Of a DNA stretch of 64,000 nt, positions 38,036-50,840 are shown in pieces (the stretch's first letter is position 1; the number at the start of each line of letters is the position of its first letter). This DNA is from Podarcis vaucheri (taxonomy: Eukaryota): the NCBI GenBank assembly GCA_965113315.1, contig OZ220365.1; one strand, given 5' to 3'. The notes under the pieces were generated by a model. It searched no databases. It was not told the DNA's origin and saw only the letters and a list, made by a program, of their open reading frames with translations. A program made the position numbers and the translations under genes.

Positions 38036-38937
38036 GGCCTAGGGTTGGTTTTTTTGTTTTTGTTTTTAAATTATTATTTGATTATTATTTGCAGGAGAAC
38101 ACCAAATATTTTCAAAACTTAACAATTTCTAGAAAAGCCTTCTTTCATACACTTCTCCATGCCAAAGCAAACACAAACTTCAACCAGGAAATGTAGACCG
38201 GCAACCATTACAAAACTTCAGAATCAAATGCCTCACAACTGCAGAGCAACAAATATCAACATTATCATGCCAAACATTTTCTGAAACAAGCAAGCTGTTT
38301 TCTAAATCAAATAAGCAAAACAAAACTCTGCTATGAATGACCACAAGTTTCACTCTCTACTAAGTTTGGAATAATTCCATTGTTTTCAGCTGTAGTGTTC
38401 TTGTGCAAATGATTTTAACTCTTTTACCCCCCTGGGGAAAGAGATTTATGAAAATCTGAACTCAGAATAGAAACTGCACATCATAGTAGTAGTGGTGTCT
38501 TAAAAAAAAATCTGAATTACTCCCCGCTCCTACTGGAAAAGCACATTAATCAGTGCCTAGAAAACACACCAACTTTTGAATGCATATTCAGGAGTCTACG
38601 CATATCCATCAAGTTCTCCAGAATTCAGAAAACATCATGTACAATAAACCAAATCCATATAAAGATAAAGGTGAAACAAACATGCAAGGGTTTGAATAAA
38701 TACCAGTCTAGTCCACTCACTGAAAACAAATTTTTACCATGTTATTCCAATATATTGTAGTACAGATATGACCAAGACAGGTAACTCCAATAAACAAAAT
38801 ATAATCCTTCAAATTTGGGATTCAGGTCAATCCAGAGGAAAAACAGACTCACCAACCACTCTGTATACATCCTCAAAACATTTTTTCCCTCCCAACTTTC
38901 TTCAATAGATCATTGAAAAATTGTTATTGAACCCTAC

Positions 38938-39050
38938 CTTCATATATCGCCTTGAATCCTTGAGCACTCACAGCGAAGTCTGTAGTGAAGCAGAGAGTCA
39001 TAATTGATCCTGTGCTCACTATGGAGGATGGCAGCTGAAATCCAGAAAGC
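38938..39050 (-). CDS. CSMD1: CSMD1 internal coding exon (113 bp; C-terminal part of the first CUB domain, probably exon 3)
   Basis: ttgcag|G CTT TCT GGA...TAT GAA G|gtaggg. Translates (R)[37 protein letters not shown], versus human CSMD1 as I recall it, [38 protein letters not shown]. CSMD2 and CSMD3 differ more here. No other exon in 64 kb, which fits CSMD1's giant introns. Confidence 0.95.
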
Positions 39051-39099
39051 CTGCAAGATGCAAGGGACAAAAAGAAACCACAGTATTTGTTATTAATTG

Positions 39100-39134
39100 T
39101 AACAACAACAACAATAACAACAACAACAACAACA
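39100..39134. repeat. (CAA)n microsatellite just upstream of the CSMD1 splice acceptor
   Basis: Direct reading. Confidence 0.95.
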
Positions 39135-39407
39135 AAACTCCCAAAGAGCATCATTTAAATGTTTATATTGGCAGCCTCTTCTTTGATGAATATCTGAAGA
39201 CTTGAAAAAGCATCTGGAGGTACTGCACTGATATTTCTAAATCTTTTGAAAACTTTTTAATAGCACACTTCACATCTGAGCTGGGGGGGAGGTCTACGTG
39301 TGTGTCCATGCGTGTAGATTAATGTTGGCCTGAGTGTACTACAGGTTTGGATACTAACCTTGGAAATGATTTGGGGAATGGAGCCAACATCTCTCCCCAA
39401 ACAATTA

Positions 39408-39773
39408 CTGTATTTTTTGCACCATAACATTCACTTTTTTCCTCCTAGAAAATAAGGGGAAATGTCTGTGCGTGTTATGGAGCGAATGCCTACGGGTGGC
39501 GGGGGGGGATCTGCTGCAGTCATGAGCAGAGGATCCATGGTTCCCCTTCCTTTCCTCCTCTGTGGTTACAAAGCATGGATCCACATGGATCCCCAGGATT
39601 TTTGCATTGGGCTACTCCAAACTCACTGTCAGATCACATGTCTGTGGCCACAGCATGAACCACAAAAATCATATATCCACTATTTCGTTTAGAATATTTT
39701 TTTCCTTGTTTTCCTCCTCTAAAAACTACGTGCGTGTTATGGTCTGGAGCGTGTTATAGAGCAAAAAATATGC
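39408..39773. mobile_element. Tc2-like MITE
   Basis: TA|CTGTATTTTTTGC...GCAAAAAATATGC|TA, a reverse-orientation relative of 53096-53352. Confidence 0.82.
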
Positions 39774-40050
39774 TAATCATGGTTTGTTGGTTTGTTTTTA
39801 CTTTTCACAACTGCCCATAGCTACTGTTCTTTGGTTTTCTGCCTGTGCTGCTGTTTGGATAGTGTTTTTGCATTTTCATTCCTTCTTGAGCGAACCCAGG
39901 CAGTCGAAGCTCCTTATTCTCCAAGTGACACTGTCAAATGTTTAGCTTTGTGCCAAAGCACATGAAACCCATTGCTCTGAAAGCAGCACTTCTTGCACTT
40001 GAATATGACCAGCTGGTATATAAAATAATGCCAGAAAAAAGTGGCAAAAA

Positions 40051-40550
40051 TGTTGCTGAGAGTTGATAGGAGGGGGCGGTTATGCTGTATGTCTGAGTCC
40101 CTTTGAATTCTTGGCTCTGGCAAGGATTCAAATTGCTGGAATAGCCAGACAAGTTTCTTGGTAATGGCCCTCTAAGTATGGGCCACTAAACATAACAAAG
40201 GAAGTGGCTCTGTGCCAGATAAAAATGGGCGGGCCTCCTTCCCACAACTCACTGGTGGTTAGAAAGACAAAGGCAAGAGTTGAGCTGTGTGTGAACTAGA
40301 AGTGAGAAGCTACAGGCTGGGCAGCTGAGAGGAAGAACCATGCCTTATTTCTGCTGGAATCCAAGGCTGTGGTTATGGGACAAGCAAGAACCTCTTGGGA
40401 TGTTAATGCTGTGAGCCCCTCTGTCATAGGCTTAGGTTGCATATATGTGTAAATAAACCATATATCCTAAATACACCTTTCTGAGGAAATTGAACCCTGA
40501 TAAGTTGTGAGGATGCCCATAGGCCCCTTAGTATGTGGAACTGCCTTGCA
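40051..40550 (+). mobile_element. probable solo LTR
   Basis: TGTTG start, GATAAAA TATA-like box and TGTAAATAAACC polyA region. The 3' boundary is uncertain. Confidence 0.45.
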
Positions 40551-41126
40551 TAGACCATTTTAGGTAGCTTCTCCATTGTGGCATATTGTGAAACTGTCCC
40601 TAATCCAGGAGTTTTATCTAGACAGGAAAAACCAAGCAAGAAAACTATCTCTATTTGAATGCACAGTGCAAGGTGACAATAGAACTAAATCTGAAGGCTT
40701 TAAAATATTCATGTTCAAATAGTTTTTCTTTGATTACTTTTCCTTCAAAGGTCTTAATAAACTGTGAAGTTAGAAATAGGTGGTATTAGTGAAAACATAA
40801 TTGCCCATTTTTTTAGATTAAGCTGTTGGCGCAGTTGCTGCCGTGATTCTGAAACACATGGGAGATTCTGTGCATGGTAACCTGCTCATATGGAAAGATG
40901 CCCACACAGTCTGTGTAGGTAAGCATGTACAAACACACCCATGTGGTTAATGTCAACTGTGCCATAGAATTGCAGAGTTGGATGGGCCATTTCATCCAAA
41001 CTGCTGCACTGCAGAAATCACAGTTACAGAATATCTAACAGATGGCCAGGCAAAACCAGTTAAGGAGGTTTCATCAGCATTAGAGTGGTAAAAGAAATAT
41101 TAGTATGTAGATCATGTGGCAAGTCC

Positions 41127-41450
41127 TGTTATATATTCAGTGGTTTGTGTTTGCCTGAGCTTGAGTCTAGACTAAAGATTCTGAGCCAGTGTTCTGATTC
41201 AATACATGATATCCAATCACAGAACAATTAAGGATTTGGGCCTCTGTCATTGGCCCTTAAACTCTGAGTTATGATTCACAGCTTGAAAGTTTAGATAGCC
41301 AATCATGTTGGGAGTGGAAGTGGCCCAGGCCTTCAGAAATGTATATAAGCAGTTGCTTCGCCTCTGTTGTCTAGTTCTGTTAGTTCAATAAGGTTCTTGC
41401 TGTTCAATAAAGGTGTCTTGCCTCGTGGGAACCGACCTACACAGACAACA
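41127..41450 (+). mobile_element. probable solo LTR (324 bp)
   Basis: TGTT...AACA termini, two CCAATC boxes, TATATAA (~41342) and AATAAA (~41406). No TSD seen. Confidence 0.7.
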
Positions 41451-41544
41451 GCATTCCCAAATCAAAAGGTATGCAACCTCTAGCAAAGGAGGATTAATTC
41501 TCAAAGACTGCAGATCTATGCACATTTAGCAGTGAGTAATTTCC

Positions 41545-41903
41545 GCGGGTGGCGCTGTGGGCTAAAGCCTCAACGCCTAGGGCTTGCCGATCAAAAGGTC
41601 GGCGGTTCGAATCCCCGCGGCGGGGTGCGCTCCCGCTGTTCGGTCCCAGCGCCTGCCCACCTAGCAGTTCGAAAGCACCTCCGGGTGCAAGTAGATAAAT
41701 AGGTACCGCTTACCAGCGGGAAGGTAAACGGCGTTCCGTGTGCGGCTCTGGCTCGCCAGAGCAGCGATGTCACGCTGGCCACGTGACCCGGAAGTGTCCC
41801 CGGACAGCGCTGGCCCCCGGCCAATAAATGTGAGATGGGCGCACAAACCCCACAGTCTGTCAAGACTGGCCCGTTCGGGCAGGGGTACCTTTACCTTTAC
41901 CTT
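41545..41903 (+). mobile_element. Sauria SINE (second, CpG-rich subfamily)
   Basis: Head GCGGGTGGCGCTGTGGG, tail (ACCTTT)3, TSD TAATTTCC. Confidence 0.94.
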
Positions 41904-42399
41904 TAATTTCCATTTAACATAAAAGGACCTTACTTCTGACTGGATAGGCATGCAGTCCTGTCACCAACAATGGCTTATTCCATTAAATATTTGCATGTAT
42001 GTTCCAGAAATCTTTTGAACTATAATTGTTAGCAAATTCTTCAAAAACTGTAGTTTACAGAAAGTTGTATCCCATGTTTTCCATGCATAAGCAGAACATA
42101 TTTCAGCTTGCATAACAAGATTTCTCATTCCTCTCCTCACCCCTGCAGTCCCCCATGTGCCCCATGGGTAGCAGCTGAAAGTGAAGTTGGGTCACATAAT
42201 ACTGGATTATCCACAGAAGTATACACTGCTAGAGAGAAAAGCCCATGTATATCAACTCCATGTGAAAATGAAATTATGACTTCCCAACAGTGTGCGCGTA
42301 GCAAAGAAGGCACCTGTATGATTTTCAAACATTGCTGGCAAACTGTGATACTAGTGCACACCTGTACAAAGAAAAGTTGTAGGACAAGTAGCCTTAAAG

Positions 42400-42535
42400 C
42401 AGGCATCCCCAAACTCTGCCTTCCAGCTGTTTTGGGACTACAACTCCCATCATCCCTAGCTAACAGGACCAATGGTCAGGGATGATGGGAATTGTAATCC
42501 CGAAACATCTGGAGGGTCAAGTTTGGGGATGCCTG
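42400..42535. mobile_element. palindromic hAT MITE
   Basis: TIR CAGGCATCCCCAAACT / AGTTTGGGGATGCCTG, 8-bp TSD CCTTAAAG, near-palindromic throughout. Confidence 0.95.
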
Positions 42536-42606
42536 CCTTAAAGAATAGGCTTGAGTCATAACTATAGACTATAGCATTAACATAGTAAACTACCATTACA
42601 AAAGAC

Positions 42607-42797
42607 CATAAGAGCCAACTACTAGGGACCAAAGTCCCTTTGCCCCCCCCCCATAAAATTTTTGAGGGATCTAGGCTCCTACAAATTTGATGGGTGTTGC
42701 CATTCAAATGGTTTCTGTGTGTGTCTTGTGACTAATTATGCAGGTTGGGGCTTACCTGAGCCCCCCCCCGGTATTTAAATTCAACTCAGCACCCCTG
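42607..42797. mobile_element. degenerate MITE
   Basis: CATAAGAGCCAAC start, GCACCCCTG end and C-run subterminal repeats. Confidence 0.45.
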
Positions 42798-45479
42798 CCA
42801 AAGTCTGAATCCTTTTGTCTTCTTTGTTGTGATATCAGGCCTTTAATGACCAGATGTTTTGTTTGTGCTCAAAGGCACATCCCAACGGACCTCAAAGTTC
42901 ATTATCAGTAACATTGACTACAAATTCTCAAAGCAATCTAGTATTTTTCTATCCACATAACTTGATTATTTTTGAAGAGACAGCAGCTGGCTAATATTGA
43001 GAGGTGTGTAATTTTTAAATATCTATTGTCTTGATATATTTCGTACACACACATGCTACACTAAATTTCAGGATGTATTTATGCAGTGCCATGGTGACTA
43101 TATCCTGATCTTATATTGTTTTAGTAAATATTTCCACCTCTAGGATGACGTCTGCCATTGAGACCTGTATTATTGACAAACGACAGCCAATATGTCTGCT
43201 TCATCTGATTTCAAGGAATACTGAAGTTGTTTTGACACAAACTACTTTTTTTATGAAGTGTGTATACTTCAAATGCTATGTGACTGCTTTAACGGTAGTT
43301 CCTGTACACTACCTTTTGAAAGTTGGCAGTCATTTTTTAAAAAAATGGTAGCCAATGAAAATGAGACAAACGTTGAGTTAAACAAATCTACAAAATGTAT
43401 CCAGTTTCAATGAAAGCAAAGCAAAAGCAGCACTAAGTATCTAAAATAATGGGAAAAACATACCAAAAAAACCTGTTGCACACCTCCATTCTGAAAGCAT
43501 TTTGCACCTCATTCAGTTGTATTTCTTCTGGAAAACTCCTTTTACAGGTGCTCTTTATAGAACAGTGTCTCGCTTCTAACACCAATTATCAGTTTATTTT
43601 CCGTATTTGGGTACACTTAGTCCAAAGTATGTATGTATGTATGTATCATATAATATATGCCCTTCCATAATCTCATCACTTAATTCTTTCAGATGTGAGT
43701 ACAGGCCATAACCTTTCTCTGTTTCCAAATGTGATTATGAAACTATAAAGCAGTGGTCTAATGAAGTGATCCAGTCAAAATCAAGCAATGGAAGAAATGA
43801 GCATGTGGTCTCTTTAAAGAAATGAGAAATAAAAATGATCATATTGTGCTTAATGGTTGTTGTTTTTTTACCCATTATTATCCATGAGAATGCAAACTCC
43901 AGCTTTAGCCTTTCACCTCTACCTTATTTTTTAGAGTAAACTTTTTTTGAAAAATAAGTGAATAAACTTTTGTTGGAAATGAAGTTATTTTATTTGGAGT
44001 TTGATAGTTCAAATAGGAAGAAACATACTGTCATATATATCGTGGAGAAAATATATTTTCTTGGAAAGACTCCTCTGTCATATTAACATTAATCATTCAA
44101 TTATTTAACCTTATTAGAAAGGTGAATTTATTCATAAGGCAGGGAACATTAATTCCATCTTCCATTGTGCTAGAAGACATTTTATTCAAACCTTAATTTA
44201 AATTGTCACCCAATATTGTCAGGTCACCTAGCATAATTGAAGGATTGCAGTTTGAAAATATCTGAAATTCTACATAGTATTTTAGTGATCTCTGTCTTAG
44301 GAGCACAGATATATCCTTCTCAAAAGCAGGTAATATTACGATTACAGCTACTGTACTCACTTTCAAAAGCTCTCAATTTCAATTAAAACCTTTGTAGATG
44401 CTGGTTTAGCTTCTCAAAGCTCCTCTCAGATTAGATCAGAAAATTCTTCCAGAAAAAAATATGCAAGAACTCAGGTAATTTTTCAAATGGCTTATCAGTT
44501 CATATGGGGGCGAATGGGGGATACTGCTGGAGCAAATCAAAGGGAAGCAGTCAAAAAAATAATTTACTCACACCTTTGGAACAAATAAATTTTTTTTTAA
44601 TCAGTATTTAAAACATTTTCATTTGTGACCTGATGACCAAATAAAAACTCGGGCACAAGGGCTGGTTTGAACTAGGTTAAACAAGTGTAAACCAATGAAA
44701 CACCTGAAGAAGGAAACATCTATTGGTGTGGGAACCAACATTAATGTAAAGCAAAAAGTTGAGTCACTACAGTGCCCACCATCCCTGGCCTGCGGGAAAT
44801 AGAGGCATACATAGCTCTTTTCCCTAGGCCACAGCACGATTGTGAGTAGGGCTTTCTGCATCACCCTCATTGCCTGTGGGCTTAGCTCCAAGTGGGTGAG
44901 GGAGATTGGCCTCAAAGGCAGCCTTTATCGGGCGTAGTGTTTGAGGAGGATGCAACAGGCATGCAGCCTTCAAATCAGACTGACTGGAAGGGTGCATCCC
45001 TGCCCTCACATGGCACTGTTATACTAGGAGGAAAGAGTAAAAAAACCTCAGCTCAAAACCTCACTAAAAGCCAAAAAGGCAATTGCTCTTAGAGCCATAG
45101 AGCTGACCTGGAAATGTAGAGCAGGAAGAAACCTACTTTCTCTGCCTAAACAGCAAATTGCTGACGAAACCACAGTGGTGATAAGAGGACAACAGAACTC
45201 AATTTTTTTAAAAAAGCACCAACCACATATTTGTATTAACTTTCCAGGCTTCAACTCTCATTCTTTTTTTTTGGGGGGGGGGCGGGTGGAACCTGGAACA
45301 ATAAGTGACTACTGCTTTGGCTCTAAGCTTGCTAAAGCTATGAGAGAAGCAAAGAGAAACTGCTGTGGGCACAAGGGCTGGGTAATATATTGATATATTG
45401 TCCAAAACTGATTTGAAGTCCATATTGTGATACTGGTTTCATAATTTTTGACACAGCCTGCCAATATATTGTGAATCAT

Positions 45480-45594
45480 GCTACTTTTAAAAGACATCTG
45501 AAGGCAGCCCTGTTTAGGGAAGTTTTTAATGTTTAATGCTATATTGTGTTTTTAATATTCAACTGGGTATAAATAAAATTATTATTATTTATTA

Positions 45595-45635
<41 letters not shown>
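45480..45635 (+). mobile_element. L2-type LINE 3' tail with (TTA)n
   Basis: TTTTAAAAGACATCTGAAGGCAGCCCTGTTTAGGGAAG...GGTATAAATAAA(TTA)n. Confidence 0.8.
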
Positions 45636-45893
45636 GGCATTCTGGAGATGTAATGCTGTGGACTCTCTTCCTCTCCATGTAGATCCTGGTGTATATAGGT
45701 GTAAAACGAAACATATATATTGAAATGCTACAGACTCCACCAAGTCCTGAATTTACAATGGAAACATGACCCTGGGCGAGCACCTGGAACCCCCAGAATC
45801 TTATTAGAGATTGGAGTGGCATGTGGCTATACCAGTGTTTTACAGCAAGTTGGTTTCACCTTTTGACTATTTAGAAGTCACACTGCTTCTAAA

Positions 45894-48638
45894 TGTGTTG
45901 GTCTCGTGTGGGGCACCAAGGAGAGCTTGGTTGTCTGGCTGGTGTACCGACCACCCAGGACACAGGCAGCCACCCTGTCAGACCTGCTGGAGGTGGTGGC
46001 GGGCTGGGCCTTGGAGTTCCCAAACCTACTGGTTTTGGGAGACTTCAACGTCCATGCCGATGCCGCTCCCTCCTCACAGGCTCTGGGCCTAGTGACTTCC
46101 ATGGCAACACTAGGGCTCTCCCAGTTTGTTTTGGGCCCCACTCATCAAGCAGGCCACACGCTGGATCTGATCTTTGGGGCTGGCATAGATGTGATCATGC
46201 TCCCCCCTGTGGAAGTGCCATGGTCTGATCACTACGCTCTGAAAGCCAAGATTGACTTCCTGCTCCTCCCCTGCTCGGGTGGCGAACCTATTTGGGCTCG
46301 TCCGCAAAAACAGATGGATCCTGATAGATTCTGACAAGCCTTGCGGGACCCTGCTCCTCCTGGCGACTCATTAGATGACCTTGTTGAGGACTGGAATAAC
46401 CGGCTCTTGGCAGCCATCGATGAGATAGCGCCCTCTGTGACCCCGTCGAAACCGGGCCCCTTGGTTTACTGAGGAGCTCCGGAAAATGAAGAGGGATCTC
46501 AGACGGCTAGAGCGAGTATGGCGACGGATTCATGACGGAGCCTCAAGAACATCTTATAGGACACTTATGAAAGCCTATGAGATGGCTATGAAAGCTGCTA
46601 TGAAATCTTACTTTGCAGCTTCCATTGCATCCGCTAGCTCTCGCCTGGTACAACTTTTTAGAATAATTAGGTCAATAACGTCCTTAGGTGGACAACCAAA
46701 TTTAAGCACAAATTCGACCCACAGCCGTGAGGCATTCGCGAGCTTTTTTGCGGAGAAAGTCCTGTTGCTCTGCCGTGACCTCCCTGCCAATTTAGATACA
46801 GTGACTGGATTGGAGGCCCCTTGACTGACTTCAGGTCCAGTGTTGGACCATTTCGATCGGATACTCCCTGCTGATGTGGATAGATTCCTCCAAGTTAGTA
46901 GGCCCACCACCTGCCTCCTTGATCCGTGCCCATCTTGGCAGATTAGGGAGTGTCCAGATGTTGCGCGGACCCCCCTGGTTGAAATTATCAATTTGTCCCT
47001 TGACACGGGGACATTCCCAGGGGAACTGAAGGAAGCAGTAGTGTGTCCACTCTTAAAGAAAACTTCATTAGATCCCTTAGACCTATCCAATTACTGCCCA
47101 GTTTCAAATCTTCCATATCTGGGTAAGGTAATTGAGAGAGCGGTTGCTGAACAGCTTAGTAGGTTTCTGGAGGAAACATCGGCTTTAGATCCATTTCAGT
47201 CCGGTTTCCGTCCTGGTTTTGGGACCAAGACGGCTCTGGTTGCCCTAACAGATGACCTCCGTAGATAAATGAATCAAGGTGGGTCAGGACTGCTGATCCT
47301 TTTAGATTTGTCAGCAGCCTTTGACATGGTTGATCATGACCTTCTGGACCACCGCCTCGCAGACGTGGGGATACAGGGCATAGCCCGTAACTGGCTGTGC
47401 TCTTTTATCTCTGGTTGGGGACAGAGGGTGGCACTAGGGAGTGAAATGTCGTTGCGCCATTCCTTGGTGTGTGGAGTGCCGCAGGGCGCAATCCTCTCCC
47501 TGATGCTTTTTAACATCTTTAAGCGCCCCCTTGCCCAGATTATCCAGAGCTTTGGGCTGGGCTGTCACCAATATGCTGATGACACTCAGCTCTATCTGCT
47601 GATGGATGGCCACACCGACTCGGCCCCGAACACACTGACCAGATGCTTGGAAGCTGTGGCCGGATGGTTTTGTGGGAGCCAACTGAAACTAAATCCTTCA
47701 AAGACAGAGGTCCTATGGCTAGGTCGGGATGGCATGGGGATGAGGAACCAACTCCCTTCTTTTGCGGGGGCCCAATTAGTACCATTGCCTTCTGTTAAGA
47801 GTTTGGGTGTAATCCTTGATGCCTCCCTTTCCATGGAGGCACAAGTTACAGCAACAGCCAAGGCAACATTTTTCCACCTTCGCCGCATCAAGCAGTTGGT
47901 CCCTTACCTTTCCCGCCACGACCTGGCCACAGTGATCCATGCGACGGTCATCTCCAGGCTTGACTACTGTAATCCGCTCTATGCGGGGCTGCCCTTGAAG
48001 CTGACCCAGAAACTCCAGAGGGTGCAGAATGCTGCAGTGAGGCTCCTCACGGGGTCTCTGCCATGGGAGCATATTTACCCAGTGCTTTTCAAACTGCACT
48101 GGCTCCCGGTAGAGTACAGGGTCAGATTTAAGGTGCTGCTTTCGACCTTTAAAGCCCTTCACGGCCTAGGACCCTCGTACCTATGGGACCGCCTCTCCCG
48201 GTATGCCCCACGGAGAGCCTCAAGGTCCATAAATAGCAACACCCTAGTGGTCCCGGGCCCTAAGGAAGTTAGATTGGCTTCAACCAGAGCCAGGGCCTTT
48301 TCAACTCTGGCTCCGGCCTGGTGGAACGCTCTGTCTCATGAGACCAGGGCCCTGCAGGATCTGATTTCTTTCCGCAGGGCTTGTAAGACAGAGTTGTAAC
48401 GCCTGGCCTTTGGCTTGGAGCCAATTTGATTCCCTCCCTCTCTTTTTTCCTTTCCTTCTCCTGCAATGAGGCTACATTTTAATATTTTAATGTTTCAATA
48501 TTTTAATGTTGTATTTTAATTTTGTTTTTAAGTTGTAATCATTCAACTTGTTTTTATTATTGCTTGTAAGCCGCTCTGAGCCTGGCCTTGGCTGGGGAGG
48601 GTGGGGTATAAATAAAAAAATATTATTATTATTATTAT
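45894..48638 (+). mobile_element. L2-clade LINE, 5'-truncated 2.7 kb, disrupted ORF2 (EN + RT)
   Basis: EN motifs VYRPP, LGDFNVH, GHTLDL and SDH. RT motifs PVSNLP, FQSGFR, LLDLSAAFD, GVPQG and YADDTQL. Several stops, a (TTA)n tail and possible TSD TTCTAAA. Confidence 0.95.
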
Positions 48639-50187
48639 TTCTAAAAATAATCATCATGATGACAAGCTCTTGGTGATATACATCCTTATCTGGACAATCA
48701 AATAATAATAGCAAGGCTAATTTTTTTATCTGATATAAAGTGTCTTTTATAACTTCCCCACAAATGTGCTTCATTTTTACCACCATCACCACCAGTTATG
48801 ATAAAATGAGTCCTTTTCTCAACAGTCTCTCCAGCATTCAGGTTTGTTTAAGCCATTCACACAACCTCAAAGGGATGAATCAGCGAGGCAAAAATTCCAA
48901 CCTATTTCCTGATCTGGGACAATATCAACTTCAGCAGCTTTTTCTGCCTCAAAGAAATGCCATGCATTTGGTTCTATTTCAGCTCCCAAATCCCTTTCAA
49001 ACACAAGTCTCAGTCAATCTAAGCTCCCAGCAGACATTTGAAAGTTACTTGATTACTGGATACTTGAAATTTTTATAAAATAAGAGCAGATGGCAAGTTA
49101 CAACATCACTTTTTTATTAATAGCGGTGACTCCCAAGTGCTCATTGCACATCTTTTCGGTAGAGTTATAAAGGCATATCCCAAATTAAAATTGTTTATAT
49201 GCCAAACATGTTGCTTAGGGATTCATTGCTTACTCCATGCACCTTTTGGTTCCCTTGTGTGTCTTTTAGCATGAAAATTATCATATTTTGCCAGGTTTAA
49301 AGGCATGATAGAACGTTCCTCAACGATTAAACTTAGAATGTTAAGTAAAACAAGTGTCAAGAAGACAAAATCTATTCAAATCCCCTGATAGTGTCTGTGC
49401 TTCTGCTTTTTAGATCTCCGATAATTAGATAAACTCACAGTGCTTCTGGCAAGTACCATTTTCAAAAACAAAGCTGTATTCAGGGTTCATCTAACTGAAT
49501 TCAGTGAAAACCAATATGTGGAGGCAAATGTGGTTTGAATTCTACCGCAGCTAAGTAACTTTAATTTCATTTTGCCTAAATAAATTGAAGGACATAACAC
49601 AAAGCTGTTGAAAGGTACCATCTACTACTATTGTCCCAAAACCCAAGAGGCATAAAATGTGGTCTCATCTACTCAGTCACCTCTCATTCTAGCATCTACA
49701 TTTTGATGGCTTAAAGCTGGAGAAATTTCCAGCGACTTGGTGGCAAAGTGCTTACTCAGATTCTCTATGGTGTTGAAATCTGGAGCTCTCATCTGAACTC
49801 CATTAAAGTTTTGGAAACTGTGCAGAATTTTTTATTTTGGAAGCTGTACTCTGGGCCATCAGGAATATTAGCAGCTCTTTCTACAGAACCTGGATGGCCA
49901 ACAATTAAGACAAGGACAGACTAGCAGTATGCCTGTTGAGCATTTTCCTGTGCTGTGCTATATGGAATTGGATGATAACCAACTCTGGAAAGCAGCTTGT
50001 CAAGATGTTTTAGGGTATTATTTTCTGGAACTGAGCTATGCTTCAACATTGAATAAGTTTCATCTAAGGGATTGGCTCCTCTGGATAGAATCCACAAGGG
50101 ACCTGGAGACTAATTAGAAACAGCAAAAAATTCCCCTTAGTATGCACTCTTGAGAACAGAGCATTTTAGAGCTAGTTAACTGACCAA

Positions 50188-50539
50188 GGGACGTGGGTGG
50201 CGCTGTGGGTAAAACCTCAGCGCCTAGGACTTGCCGATCGCATGGTCGGCGGTTTGAATCCCCGCGGCGGGGTGCGCTCCCGTTGCTCGGTCCCAGCGCC
50301 TGCTAACCTAGCAGTTCAAAAGCACCCTCGAGTGCAAGTAGATAAATAGGGACCGCTTACTAGCGAGAAGGTAAACGGCGTTTCCGTGTGCTGCTCTGGT
50401 GCCAGTTCGCCAGAGCAGCGTCGTCACACTGGCCACGTGACCCGGAAGTGTCTGCGGACAGCACTGGCTCCCGGCCTCTAGAGTGAGATGAGTGCACAAC
50501 CCTAGAGTCTGTCAAGACTGGCCCGTACGGGCCTTTACC
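50188..50539 (+). mobile_element. Sauria SINE (second subfamily)
   Basis: Full head and tail, with TSD TAACTGACCAA. Confidence 0.94.
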
Positions 50540-50549
50540 TAACTGACCA

Positions 50550-50840
50550 AACTCTCACTAACCTCAAGAAATGCCTTTAGTAAGTTGCATTTCCAAGTGA
50601 TGCCCACCGCAGTCTTGGATGGCCACTGCAACCAGGTCATGTACACAGACACACTTTGTATTTGTGGTCAACCACAGATGGAAGATGGCACTCATTATCT
50701 GCTAGCCTGCCCCTTATATAGAGACAGAAGAGATCGCTTTCCAAAACCTTTATTCACACACAAGCAAGCAGGTAAATCCTGCCATAAAGCTGGATTTGAA
50801 TTTGTTGATGTCTCTGGTAACTCCTCTCTTACATCATAGG
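50550..50840 (+). mobile_element. non-LTR retrotransposon C-terminal CCHC fragment (RTE-X-like)
   Basis: AFSKLHFQVMPTAVLDG...LCICGQPQMEDGTHYLLACPLY, a C-x-C...H-x4-C finger. The clade assignment is an inference. Confidence 0.7.

Noticed and set aside
38924-39154. 76-aa ORF as a standalone gene
   Set aside because: It is the CSMD1 exon plus read-through into introns. The poly-Val comes from the (CAA)n repeat.
47269-48399. Active or domesticated reverse transcriptase
   Set aside because: Part of a 5'-truncated L2 with multiple upstream stops and frameshifts.
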